Assembly (NCBI GenBank): GCA_030149205.1
Contig: JASBSB010000006.1
Coordinates: 637,119 to 669,118 of the forward strand
DNA length: 32,000 nucleotides
Source of the DNA: Candidatus Heimdallarchaeota archaeon
GTDB lineage: Archaea > Asgardarchaeota > Heimdallarchaeia > Heimdallarchaeales > Kariarchaeaceae
Direction: 5' to 3'
The notes below the pieces were generated by a model. The model worked only from the letters and a program-made list of their open reading frames with translations. It was not told the DNA's origin and did not search any database. Both the position numbers and the translations under genes were made by a program. Position 1 is the first letter of the stretch, and each line of letters starts with the position of its first letter. Below are positions 18,239 through 27,642 of this stretch, one piece after another.

Positions 18239-18964
18239 ATGAAAAGCCTTAAACTTAACAATTTTAAACATCTAGAAGCCGAATATATCTCTTTGATTGT
18301 TAAAGCTGTTTCAATTCTATTTCTCATTACACAATTTTATATTATTTATGCCAATCGATCCATAATAAATGCTAAATCAGTCGGATGGTCGTTATTTAAA
18401 CCAAATTTTGTAATTTCACTTTGGAGTTCGATTTTATATTTTGGGGTGATGGTATTTTATCTCGCCATATACACTTACACACTTAAGGAAATTTCCAATC
18501 GAATAAAATCAGATATACTTAAAGGATACATGTTGTTCAATTTGGTATTCATGTTTCCCCTTCTCTCACTCACATTAGCAATAGCTAATCAATCAAATAT
18601 AGGTACTACTCTCTCTGGAGTATTGTTTGTGATGGTTTTGGGATTAGGAGTATTGGGTATGATTTTCTCACTTGCTATGGTAGCATCTTCGACTATTACA
18701 AAAAATAGCCCTAATTTGTCAAAATATTTCATATTCTCTCCTCTCCTGACCGGACCAGTCTATATTATTCTATCAATAATCCTTGTAATTCTACTTGATA
18801 CTAATGTTTTCCTTGGGTTTGGGTTGATTATCCTAATAAACTACCTTCTCATCAGAAAATTAATGAAATTTCCAAAAGCTTTCGACGATCTATTGATTGA
18901 TCTTGAGATTCAGCTTGTTAATAGGATCGAAAGTCAAGACCTTTATCCAACTGCAAATTTCTAA
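18239..18964 (+). CDS. Hypothetical multi-pass membrane protein
   Basis: 241 aa with ~6 hydrophobic segments; TATA TTATATAA (18208-18215) 23 nt before the ATG; no family motif recognised. Confidence 0.65.
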   Translation: MKSLKLNNFKHLEAEYISLIVKAVSILFLITQFYIIYANRSIINAKSVGWSLFKPNFVISLWSSILYFGVMVFYLAIYTYTLKEISNRIKSDILKGYMLFNLVFMFPLLSLTLAIANQSNIGTTLSGVLFVMVLGLGVLGMIFSLAMVASSTITKNSPNLSKYFIFSPLLTGPVYIILSIILVILLDTNVFLGFGLIILINYLLIRKLMKFPKAFDDLLIDLEIQLVNRIESQDLYPTANF

Positions 18965-18997
18965 GAATTCAATAAAATCAAGATCAATTAATAAATA

Positions 18998-20464
18998 TTA
19001 AACGCTATTCAAAAACTTTGGAGGTGTTCTGTGTAAAGTTTGTTGCTCATAGGCATAAGCAACTTTAATTAACTTGTAATCAGTAAACGGCAACCCTAGA
19101 AAACTGACCCCCGTGGGTAGCCCCTGTATATAGCCAGCTGGGACGGTGATAGAAGGAAAACCAGAGACAGCCGCATAAAAGGTTGAAGAACCCCCAGAGC
19201 AATCACCGTTGACATAATCAATTAACCATGCTGGATTTCCAGATGGAAAAATAATTGCATCCAATGAGTTGGTTTCAAAAGTATCAGATATGTTGCTTCG
19301 TAACTCATCGTAGCGAATCATTGCTTCTTTGTACGACTCTGATTCAAATCCTTGGCTTTCTAACGCCATAGAAAAAAATTCTTGTCCAAAATAAGGCATA
19401 ACCAATTCCTGGTTCCTTTCATTAAATTTGATTAAGGATTGGATACTATTTACACCAGTGGGAACCTCTACATGTTCAAGGTATTTTTTTAGATCCTCTT
19501 TGTAATCAGTGACAAGAACCTCTAATTCGTTCAAGGAACCTTCTGGAAGCTGTATTTCGACAGGATCAATTAAGACCCCTCCAGCTTTTTCAATGTCTGT
19601 TAATGCTTGTCCCATAAGTTTATCGACTTTGGGAGCACCTCCAAATGATGATCGTAATACTCCTAACCTTTTGTCTCGTAAACCTTCAGTAGAGAGTTCA
19701 TCAAGAAAATCTGAGGAAGAAAATTTATTATGCTGAGTCACTGGGTCAGACTCATCATTCCCGGATATCGCGTGAAGAAGTATTCCCGCATCTTTTACCG
19801 TTCTTGCCATTGGGCCTGCTGTGTCCTGTGTATGTGAGATGGGGATGATACCAGATCTGCTTACTAAACCCATTGTTGGTTTGACACCCACTATTCCATT
19901 GATCTGGGAAGGACAGATAATTGAACCATCAGTTTCTGTACCTACAGCTACCGTGCAAAGGTTAGCTGCAACAGCAACAGCTGACCCAGAACTTGAACCA
20001 CAGGGAGTTCTATCTAAAGCATAGGGATTTCGGGTTTGACCTCCGCGTGATGACCAGCCACTGATAGATTTTTGTCCCCTTAAATTTGCCCACTCACTTA
20101 AGTTGGCCTTGGCAAGAATTACTGCACCAGCTTCCCGTAATTTCTTCACAATGAAAGCATCTTGCTTAGGATAATGACCCACCAAAGCCAGAGAGCCAGC
20201 AGTAGTCATCATTTGATCTCTGGTATCAATGTTATCCTTAAGTACCAAAGGTATACCATGAAGCAAGCCCCTCTTCTTACCAGCCTTTCTTTCTTCATCT
20301 AGAGCCTTAGCTATTGACACAGCATCTGGATTAACTTCTAAAATTGCGTTAGTCATTTTATCTATTTTTTGGATCTGCTCTAAGTAGAGTTTGACGAGTT
20401 TTTCAGAAGACAGTTCACCAGAATCCATCAACACTTGAAGTTCTGATATTGTGTACTCTTTCAT
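18998..20464 (-). CDS. Amidase-signature family amidase
   Basis: LHGIPLVLKDNI (catalytic Lys), TPCGSSSGSAVAVA, GTETDGSIICPS (Ser-cisSer-Lys triad region), FPSITVPAG. Confidence 0.93.
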   Translation of the reverse strand: MKEYTISELQVLMDSGELSSEKLVKLYLEQIQKIDKMTNAILEVNPDAVSIAKALDEERKAGKKRGLLHGIPLVLKDNIDTRDQMMTTAGSLALVGHYPKQDAFIVKKLREAGAVILAKANLSEWANLRGQKSISGWSSRGGQTRNPYALDRTPCGSSSGSAVAVAANLCTVAVGTETDGSIICPSQINGIVGVKPTMGLVSRSGIIPISHTQDTAGPMARTVKDAGILLHAISGNDESDPVTQHNKFSSSDFLDELSTEGLRDKRLGVLRSSFGGAPKVDKLMGQALTDIEKAGGVLIDPVEIQLPEGSLNELEVLVTDYKEDLKKYLEHVEVPTGVNSIQSLIKFNERNQELVMPYFGQEFFSMALESQGFESESYKEAMIRYDELRSNISDTFETNSLDAIIFPSGNPAWLIDYVNGDCSGGSSTFYAAVSGFPSITVPAGYIQGLPTGVSFLGLPFTDYKLIKVAYAYEQQTLHRTPPKFLNSV

Positions 20465-20668
20465 TGAAAATTGATAAAAAGACAGTTTAAAAATTTTTGT
20501 GAAACACTATTTCAAGATAGCAAGAAAAGATATTTGGCGAATTTATGAAGTTGAATTAAGATTTTATGATGGTTAAATTACCGGCTTTAACAAATACCAA
20601 AAATATAACCATGAATTGTTATTAGGGGATTTATAGATTATTATTAAAGGAACAAATAAATGAAATTT

Positions 20669-21991
20669 CTAAAGCTTTTCATATACCTCTTTTAAGAGAC
20701 TATATGCTTCTTCCCTGGTCTCTCCCCAAACTATTAACCCATCCTGATGACCAAGGAGACAGACAGGTTTGGTGAGTTTAGGACTATCAGTGTACACTTT
20801 TTGTATGGCTCTAGCCATTTCTGGTGTCCCATAAGGAACCTCCTTGGGAGTTGTCAACATGTTAAACTCGGAGTACCTGTCCCACATATCCTCATAGTGA
20901 ACATGTATTACACAGTTTACCTCTGGAGCAACATCATAGATTGCCGCATGAGTCATTGATTCAGAGGAGGGTTTTAATGGACCCTTAGAAATAACACGAT
21001 TATTCGCTACATCAAAATCCATTACCAGACAGTAGTCTTCAAAATTGGTTTTATCAAGGTGTCCCGTTTGAGTGCCAGAGACAAAAAACTGTCCATCATC
21101 AGTGTAACGCTCACTTATGTTGCCAAACCCTATATTAGGCGTTCTGGAATGATCGGCTGGATAAACCCCAATCAGGTTCATTTTATGTAGTTTATCTCTA
21201 AGCTTTATCATCTCATCAAGGTATCCCGGTGAAATTTTTAAATTCTTTTTGTGATACTGCAACTCATACTTAATTACTCCATCCAGAGGTTCTGAATTGA
21301 ACTCTTTTAAAACTTCAAAAATTTCTGAAAACTGTGTTATACTATGCTTTGCAGAATGTTCTTTATTTCCTTCTATTTCAACTAATATACCTTCCATTCC
21401 AAGAAACTCTGTCACCTCAATATCATGCTCCCAACTGTCTCCCACCATTATCGCTTCGAATGGTTTAACATCTAGTCTGTCTAGGGCATGAAGATAAATA
21501 TGGGGATGAGGTTTCTCTTTGCCTGCCTCCTCACTGGTGATGACCACTTCAAAGAAATTGTCCAAATTCAATCTATGGAGTTTTCTAAATTGTATTTCTG
21601 ATGACATATTTGTTATTATCCCAAGTTTATAGTAAGAATCTTTTAACTGTTGTAACGTTTCAACGACCCCATCAAATGGTTTAATGCTCCTGAGAAAAGC
21701 ATCCCAATACCTTTGTGTCAATTCAGCTATATGAAAAGGCTTTGAGGATTTATAATATTCCTCTACCATGGCTTGAAAGTATAACACTCTTGAATGACTT
21801 CCAGAGGTTCCCTCTAAGAATCTTTTTACCCTTTGTCTTCCATTTTTATATCGGCGAATAAAGTCAGGATAAGACTCATTGGTTAAAACCTGCCAATAAT
21901 CATATGCCCCTCTCAGTCCCTCCTCGTGTGAGGTGCTATAGGAATATAATGTACCATCCAAATCAAAAAAGATGGTTGTGATTTTATGCAT
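20669..21991 (-). CDS. Fusion: HAD-superfamily hydrolase (N-terminal) + class II aldolase/adducin domain (C-terminal)
   Basis: HAD motifs FFDLDGTL, IITN, KEKP, VGDSWEHD in aa ~1-230. The aldolase II domain from ~aa 238 has DGVIKY, GFGNISER, SGTQTG, PSSESMTHAAIY, VIHVH, YGTPEMA, LLGHQDG. Single uninterrupted ORF. Confidence 0.85.
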   Translation of the reverse strand: MHKITTIFFDLDGTLYSYSTSHEEGLRGAYDYWQVLTNESYPDFIRRYKNGRQRVKRFLEGTSGSHSRVLYFQAMVEEYYKSSKPFHIAELTQRYWDAFLRSIKPFDGVVETLQQLKDSYYKLGIITNMSSEIQFRKLHRLNLDNFFEVVITSEEAGKEKPHPHIYLHALDRLDVKPFEAIMVGDSWEHDIEVTEFLGMEGILVEIEGNKEHSAKHSITQFSEIFEVLKEFNSEPLDGVIKYELQYHKKNLKISPGYLDEMIKLRDKLHKMNLIGVYPADHSRTPNIGFGNISERYTDDGQFFVSGTQTGHLDKTNFEDYCLVMDFDVANNRVISKGPLKPSSESMTHAAIYDVAPEVNCVIHVHYEDMWDRYSEFNMLTTPKEVPYGTPEMARAIQKVYTDSPKLTKPVCLLGHQDGLIVWGETREEAYSLLKEVYEKL

Positions 21992-22101
21992 ATTAACAGT
22001 TTAGAAAGCAAGTTCTATAAAGTTTAAATTAGGGATTATTCATAATTTAGAAAAATTTGACATTTGAATACCAAATTTAAAGCAAATTAAATCAGATGAA
22101 A

Positions 22102-22806
22102 CTAAATTCCAAGGTAGGCCTCTCTTATGTGTTTGTTTCCTTCAAGCTCCTTTGCATTGCCACTGAGTGCAATCCTCCCTTGCTCTATCACATAACCTTT
22201 ATCAATTATCTCTAATACCCTATGAACGTGCTGTTCAGAGATTAATATTGTGACTCCCTCCTCATTGATTCGTTTAAATGCGTTAAAAATATCATCAACT
22301 ATGATTGGGGCTAAACCCAAGGATGGTTCATCCAATATTAGAAGACTGGGGTCGGACATAAGCCCTCTCCCGATTGCTAACATTTGTTGCTGTCCACCAC
22401 TTAAGGTTCTAGCCTGCTGATTAAGTCTTTCTTCAAGTATTGGAAACAGTGTTAGCACACGATTCAGTGATTCTTTTCTCTTAGATTTTGCTCTTTTCTG
22501 GTAAGAACCTAGCAAGAGATTGTCCTTCACAGACATGTCCGGAAACAGCTTTCTACCCTCTGGAACTAACGAAATGCCTAATTCTACCCTTTTTGCAGGA
22601 TTCAGGTTTGTGACTTCAACCTCATTATACAATATTGATCCCTCAAATGGTGAAACCAACCCTGCGATTGATGCAAAGGTACTGGTTTTTCCAGCTCCAT
22701 TTGGCCCAAGCAGACCAACAACAGAGCCCTTAGGGATTTCTAAATCTAATCCCCAGATCACTTGTATTTTTCCATATTTAACCTGTAGATTGCTAATTTT
22801 CAACAT
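22102..22806 (-). CDS. livF: Branched-chain amino acid ABC transporter ATP-binding protein LivF
   Basis: GPNGAGKT, VPEGRKLF, LSGGQQQMLAIGRGL, LDEPSLGLAP. Start reassigned to ATG 22806 (MLKISNLQV), with SD GGAGGT 8 nt upstream and a 14-nt overlap with the upstream gene. Confidence 0.92.
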   Translation of the reverse strand: MLKISNLQVKYGKIQVIWGLDLEIPKGSVVGLLGPNGAGKTSTFASIAGLVSPFEGSILYNEVEVTNLNPAKRVELGISLVPEGRKLFPDMSVKDNLLLGSYQKRAKSKRKESLNRVLTLFPILEERLNQQARTLSGGQQQMLAIGRGLMSDPSLLILDEPSLGLAPIIVDDIFNAFKRINEEGVTILISEQHVHRVLEIIDKGYVIEQGRIALSGNAKELEGNKHIREAYLGI

Positions 22807-24826
22807 ATTTTGATACCTCCGAGGCTGTTGATCCCAGATATGCATTGATCACAGCTGCATTCTTAGAAATCTCCTTGGGACTCCCGTCTGCAATGAGTTT
22901 TCCAAGATCCAAAACTGCGATTCTGTCAGATATACTCATTACGGCCTTCATTACGTGTTCAACAAAGACTATTGTTTTCCCTCGCTCGTTTCGAATCCTT
23001 CGAATTATATTCATAAGCTCCTCGGTTTCAGAGGGATTGAGACCTGCAATAATTTCATCAAGAAGAATCACATCGGGATCAGCTGCTAAAACTCTAGCGA
23101 GCTCTAGTTTCTTCTGCTCGTTTATCACCAGATTTGAAACTTTTTGATGGGCTAATTGTTCTAGACCTATGAATTCTAATGCTTCAACTGAAATAGATAA
23201 CCCATCTGTATAACTAACACTCTCTCTTCGACCGTTAAATGCACTTGCAAGTACATTTTCCATTACAGTCAAGTTGGGAAACACGTGAACTAACTGAAAA
23301 GTCCGGGCGATTCCCAATTTTATTGACTTATGAAATGGGATACCTGTTATAACCTTCTGATTAAGCAGAACTGTTCCTGAGGTAGGTTTGTAGTACCCCG
23401 AAATAATGTTAAACAACGTTGTCTTTCCAGCACCATTTGGACCAATCAACCCCAGTAATTCATTTTTGTAGACATTAAGAGTCACATCATCAACTGCATT
23501 AATTCCACCGAATTGTTTGTGGATGTTTAGAACTTCTAGAATTAAAGGTGGTTCTTTACCTGGTTTATTTATACCAATGGTTGGTTCTTTACCTGCTTTA
23601 TTTATATCAATGGTTTCAGATTTCGCAATCTCAGTTTCTTTCCAAGAAGGATACAGTTGTCGTTTGTTACCAATCTTTACAGAGTCTTTATCAATAATGG
23701 ACTCTTCTGCTACCCAACCCTTATCATGAAAGTAACCCATAATTCCTTTGGGAAGATATAGAATTGCCAAAATAAATATTAAGCCATAAATAATTATATA
23801 ACCAGAGCTGAAATCTAACTTGAGACCAAAAAGACTGATAGAGACCCCTGCTAACATCTGAGTCAATAAGACATCAAGGGGAGAAAGTAATATTGCTCCT
23901 ATAACAGGTCCAAAGACACTTGCTCCTCCACCAATGAAGGTGATAATTATCATTTGTACTGTCAAGGCAGTTGGGAATGTTTGATCTGGAGTGACCACAA
24001 ATAAAATTGTGATATTAAACGCCCCAACAATCCCGGCTATAAAGGCAGAAATAATAAATGCAGTTAATTTGGTGTATAATACATTGATACCAATTGACGA
24101 GGCTCCTTCAGGACTCTCTTTTATGGCCCTAAGACTTAACCCCAACCTACTGTATGATACATAATGGGTGATAATGAAGGCTAATATTGAAGCTACAAGC
24201 ATAAGATAATAACCAGCAATATAAATATCTCCAAATTCACTCAAGATTTTTCCTGTTGATATACCCTGACCTCCTCCAGTAAAGTCTGAGAAGTAGGAAA
24301 TCACCTGTTGAGTGATTGTGGCGATAGCAAGCATTGCAACTGCAAAGTATGCCCCTCTAAGTCTCAAGATGGGAAAACCAATAATCAACCCATAAAGGGC
24401 TGCAATGACACCTCCCATTAAGAAGGCTAACCATAAATTTAAACCATAATTCACATAGGTGATGGCAGCAGCATAACCTCCAATCCCAAAGAAGACAACA
24501 TGCCCGAAATCCACCTCTCCTCCATAACCCCCAATTATATTGTAACTCTCTCCCAGTGCAATAAAGAAGAAGATAAATCTAAATGTCTGTAATAATCCAC
24601 CGGTGTTCGGTAGAAGAGGGAGAGCAACTGAAATAACAACAAAAAACACTCCAATCAAACCAAGGGGGGATGCTAATAACTCTATCATTTTTTTGGTGCC
24701 CATACCAAAGATGAGTTCATTAAAAAAGCTGTAAAGAGGATTTGATCCTTTATACTGCCACTTTTGTTCAGAAGGCTGCTCAGTTTCAGTTGGTATATTT
24801 TTATCACTTGTCGACATAATTAGCAT
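22793..24826 (-). CDS. livMG: Fused LivM permease - LivG ATP-binding protein
   Basis: The N-terminal half has LivM motifs (GYGGEVDFGH, LRLRGAYFAV, GLSLRAIKES, GGGASVFGP). The C-terminal half is a LivG ATPase (FGGINAV, GPNGAGKTT, LLDEIIAGL, VEHVM). Alternative start ATG 24817. Confidence 0.9.
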   Translation of the reverse strand: MLIMSTSDKNIPTETEQPSEQKWQYKGSNPLYSFFNELIFGMGTKKMIELLASPLGLIGVFFVVISVALPLLPNTGGLLQTFRFIFFFIALGESYNIIGGYGGEVDFGHVVFFGIGGYAAAITYVNYGLNLWLAFLMGGVIAALYGLIIGFPILRLRGAYFAVAMLAIATITQQVISYFSDFTGGGQGISTGKILSEFGDIYIAGYYLMLVASILAFIITHYVSYSRLGLSLRAIKESPEGASSIGINVLYTKLTAFIISAFIAGIVGAFNITILFVVTPDQTFPTALTVQMIIITFIGGGASVFGPVIGAILLSPLDVLLTQMLAGVSISLFGLKLDFSSGYIIIYGLIFILAILYLPKGIMGYFHDKGWVAEESIIDKDSVKIGNKRQLYPSWKETEIAKSETIDINKAGKEPTIGINKPGKEPPLILEVLNIHKQFGGINAVDDVTLNVYKNELLGLIGPNGAGKTTLFNIISGYYKPTSGTVLLNQKVITGIPFHKSIKLGIARTFQLVHVFPNLTVMENVLASAFNGRRESVSYTDGLSISVEALEFIGLEQLAHQKVSNLVINEQKKLELARVLAADPDVILLDEIIAGLNPSETEELMNIIRRIRNERGKTIVFVEHVMKAVMSISDRIAVLDLGKLIADGSPKEISKNAAVINAYLGSTASEVSKYVEN
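23550..23615. repeat. In-frame 33-bp tandem duplication in the LivM-LivG linker
   Basis: GGTTCTTTACCTGGTTTATTTATACCAATGGTT (23550-23582) and GGTTCTTTACCTGCTTTATTTATATCAATGGTT (23583-23615) are 31/33 identical and encode TIDINKAGKEP-TIGINKPGKEP. Confidence 0.95.
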
Positions 24827-25699
24827 CTACTCCAATAATTTCCCAAAGAGTCCTGTTGGTTTGAATAGGATAAATAAGATCATAATTAAAAACCCCATAG
24901 CTGTCTCTAATCCTTGTGCGTATACTGAGGTGAAATTTTGAGCTGTTAAGATAAAAATCCCAGCTAAGATTAAACCTTTGATTGAACCTAAACCTGCTAA
25001 CACCGTAATAACAAAACTAATCCCTAGATAGCTAGATTCTCCAACCCCTGGATCAAAGCTGTATAGAACTGCCACAATATTCCCAGATACTCCAGCAAGG
25101 AACGCACTTATGAACATGGCAATCAGATAAATTCTCTGAGGGTTTATACCCATTAATATTGCTGCGTCCTTATCCTGTGCGATTGCTCGAATTGCTCTGC
25201 CAATATCTGTTTTCTCTAATAGTAAAAATACCAACAAGATGAGAATGAGTGCAATGAAAAACCCGTAAATTGCACCCCAACGTACAGTAGCAGACCCAAT
25301 TAAGATGGATTTCTCACTGTAAAAACTATTTACGACCCTGAGATTACCTGTAAAGAGGATATACATTGACCCCGACAGTACTATGGAAACTCCAAATGCT
25401 AGTACTAGTGATGTCAAATGGTCACGTCCAACAATTCTGTTATACAACAACAGTTGAATAATAACACCAATTAACCCAACAACCAATCCAGATGGTATCA
25501 AATATAGTGATGGATCCCCATGGAATGTGTTGAACATATAATATGTAACATATGCACCTATGACAATAAATTCACCGTGTGCAACATTAATAATTCTGGA
25601 AACACCCCAAATCAAGGATAAGCCCATCGCAATTAATGAGTAAATTGTCCCAATGATTATTCCCAACAAAATTAAGTTAAAGATAATATCCAAATTCAC
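24827..25699 (-). CDS. livH: Branched-chain amino acid ABC transporter permease LivH
   Basis: GLSLIWGVSRIINVAHGEF, GRAIRAIAQDKDAAILMGINP, LAGLGSIKG, FKPTGLFG; GTG start. Confidence 0.92.
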   Translation of the reverse strand: MNLDIIFNLILLGIIIGTIYSLIAMGLSLIWGVSRIINVAHGEFIVIGAYVTYYMFNTFHGDPSLYLIPSGLVVGLIGVIIQLLLYNRIVGRDHLTSLVLAFGVSIVLSGSMYILFTGNLRVVNSFYSEKSILIGSATVRWGAIYGFFIALILILLVFLLLEKTDIGRAIRAIAQDKDAAILMGINPQRIYLIAMFISAFLAGVSGNIVAVLYSFDPGVGESSYLGISFVITVLAGLGSIKGLILAGIFILTAQNFTSVYAQGLETAMGFLIMILFILFKPTGLFGKLLE

Positions 25700-25818
25700 A
25701 TAAATGCTGAAATAACTATAGTAAATAAGCTTAATGTATATCGATACAAAAAATTGATATAATTTAGGAAATTAATTTAAATTTTCTAAAGTGTTTTGTT
25801 ATGTTTTAGGAAAACCAA

Positions 25819-27057
25819 TTACATTGGGAATACAATATTTGCGGTTTTATATGCTAATGGGTATACTGTTTCTACTACCCCATTTTGAACCTGAGTCATA
25901 AAGCCTGAACCAGTTATTAACCCAGTGGATGTGAAAGAGACTGTACCCCATACAGTTTTTATATTGAGTTTTGTAAGAGTGTCTCTGACCTTTAATCCAT
26001 CTGTGAATGTTCCGGCCTTCTCAATTGCTGCCTTTAACACATAAACTGCAGAATATCCACCGGCTGCATGATATGCAGGTGTTTCATTATTATGGAGCTG
26101 TTTATAGCTTTTAACAAAATTTGTTATACCTGGAGCCTGTGCTTCTGGAATATTTGGTACCCATTGTGCAAATCCCAATACATGATTTGCCTTTGCCCCC
26201 AATTCTGTTGCAAAAGCAGACTCTGCTGGACCAACGGTTCCAAATATTGCTTTTGGAGTCAAACTCTGAGCTGAAACCTGTTTGACGACCTCTGCTGCAT
26301 CTGCATAATGTCCCACAGTGACGATTAAGTCTGCACCTCCAGCAGATTTAAGAAGACCCATATCAGTCCCAACTGCATTAAGATCACCTGAGGAATATTT
26401 GTATGCCTTGTTATTAACCAGAGTAATTCCAGCATTTTTTAGATAAGTCTCAACTGCGGGTTCCACAGACAATGGGAATGATGAATCTTCTAAAAAGATA
26501 GCTGCTGTCTTTATTTGCTTTACATTGGTAGACTCATTTAACCATTGGAAAAGTGGTTGACTATATAATGAGGCTTTTCTGTATAACCCAAAGGTATATT
26601 TGTATCCTTGAGTATAAATACTATCAGATGCACCTCCTGCTTGTATAAATGGAATTTTTGCAGCTTCTGCCTTCGGGGCAACTGCCTTGACAATTCCACT
26701 ACTGTAGGGCCCTAAGAGAATGTTCACCTTATCATTGTTTATTAAGGTATCATAAAGCTGTCCAGCCTTTGTAGCACTACTCTGATCATCGTAAACGATC
26801 AGTTTAATGTTATATCTTGTGTTTCCGATGACGACTCCAGATCCATTGTTGATCTCGTTAACTGCCATCTTGTATCCATTCAAAACACGAAGACCCTCTG
26901 TTTGGTATTTTCCTGTCATTGAAACCGTGGCACCGACTTTAATAACCACATCACTGGTTTTTATCTGTGTGGAGTTCCAATACAAATACCCACCTAGGGC
27001 ACCTCCTGCAAGTACGATAACAATAATTGCTGCTAAATATCCTTTGCTAATTGCCAT
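25819..27057 (-). CDS. Membrane-anchored amino acid ABC transporter substrate-binding protein (LivJ/LivK-like)
   Basis: N-terminal TM anchor, VGATVSMTGKY, YDDQSS, LLGPYSS, YHAAGGYSAVYVLKAAIEKAG; first gene of the liv cluster. Confidence 0.88.
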   Translation of the reverse strand: MAISKGYLAAIIVIVLAGGALGGYLYWNSTQIKTSDVVIKVGATVSMTGKYQTEGLRVLNGYKMAVNEINNGSGVVIGNTRYNIKLIVYDDQSSATKAGQLYDTLINNDKVNILLGPYSSGIVKAVAPKAEAAKIPFIQAGGASDSIYTQGYKYTFGLYRKASLYSQPLFQWLNESTNVKQIKTAAIFLEDSSFPLSVEPAVETYLKNAGITLVNNKAYKYSSGDLNAVGTDMGLLKSAGGADLIVTVGHYADAAEVVKQVSAQSLTPKAIFGTVGPAESAFATELGAKANHVLGFAQWVPNIPEAQAPGITNFVKSYKQLHNNETPAYHAAGGYSAVYVLKAAIEKAGTFTDGLKVRDTLTKLNIKTVWGTVSFTSTGLITGSGFMTQVQNGVVETVYPLAYKTANIVFPM

Positions 27058-27077
27058 TTTCTATTTCCTGACTCAAT

Positions 27078-27109
27078 TCCGAATTTCAACGATTATTCTG
27101 AAATTCGGA
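27078..27109. promoter_or_regulatory. Perfect 11-bp inverted repeat just upstream of the liv substrate-binding gene
   Basis: TCCGAATTTCA(27078-27088)-ACGATTATTC-TGAAATTCGGA(27099-27109), 20 nt from the ATG at 27057. Confidence 0.7.
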
Positions 27110-27642
27110 CAAAGTTTGTGAGCTGAAGCCACTATAATTTTATATTTTAAAGAATATCGGAGAGAAAAATATACTAATGATATTAAATTTACATTGCGAC
27201 TAAAATCCCATCATTTTTTAGACATTTGCACAATTTTCGAAGTAAATCTCAATTAAAATAGAGTTTATAACAATTTAACTATATTTATAAGATATGAGTT
27301 ATTAAAATAGCTATAAATATATTCGAATTATCTCTAACGGGTAATCAAAAAAGAATATTTACATGTACAATCATTGATTGCATATAGTAGAGCTTAAACG
27401 CAAAGGTATACTTTACCCACCAATACTGTCCTGAAATAATAGTAACATCAAAGACGAAATTAAGCAAAAAAATTGAAATTTAAATAATGAGGATTTAGTT
27501 AAAATAGACAAATGATTTTAAAAATAGGAACTTATCATTAAAATGAATGAGATAATGAGTAAATATTAGATGAAACATTATAATTTCACAGAAATTTAGA
27601 ACTAAACTCTAGTTTAAAATACTTAGGAATTCATATCCAATC

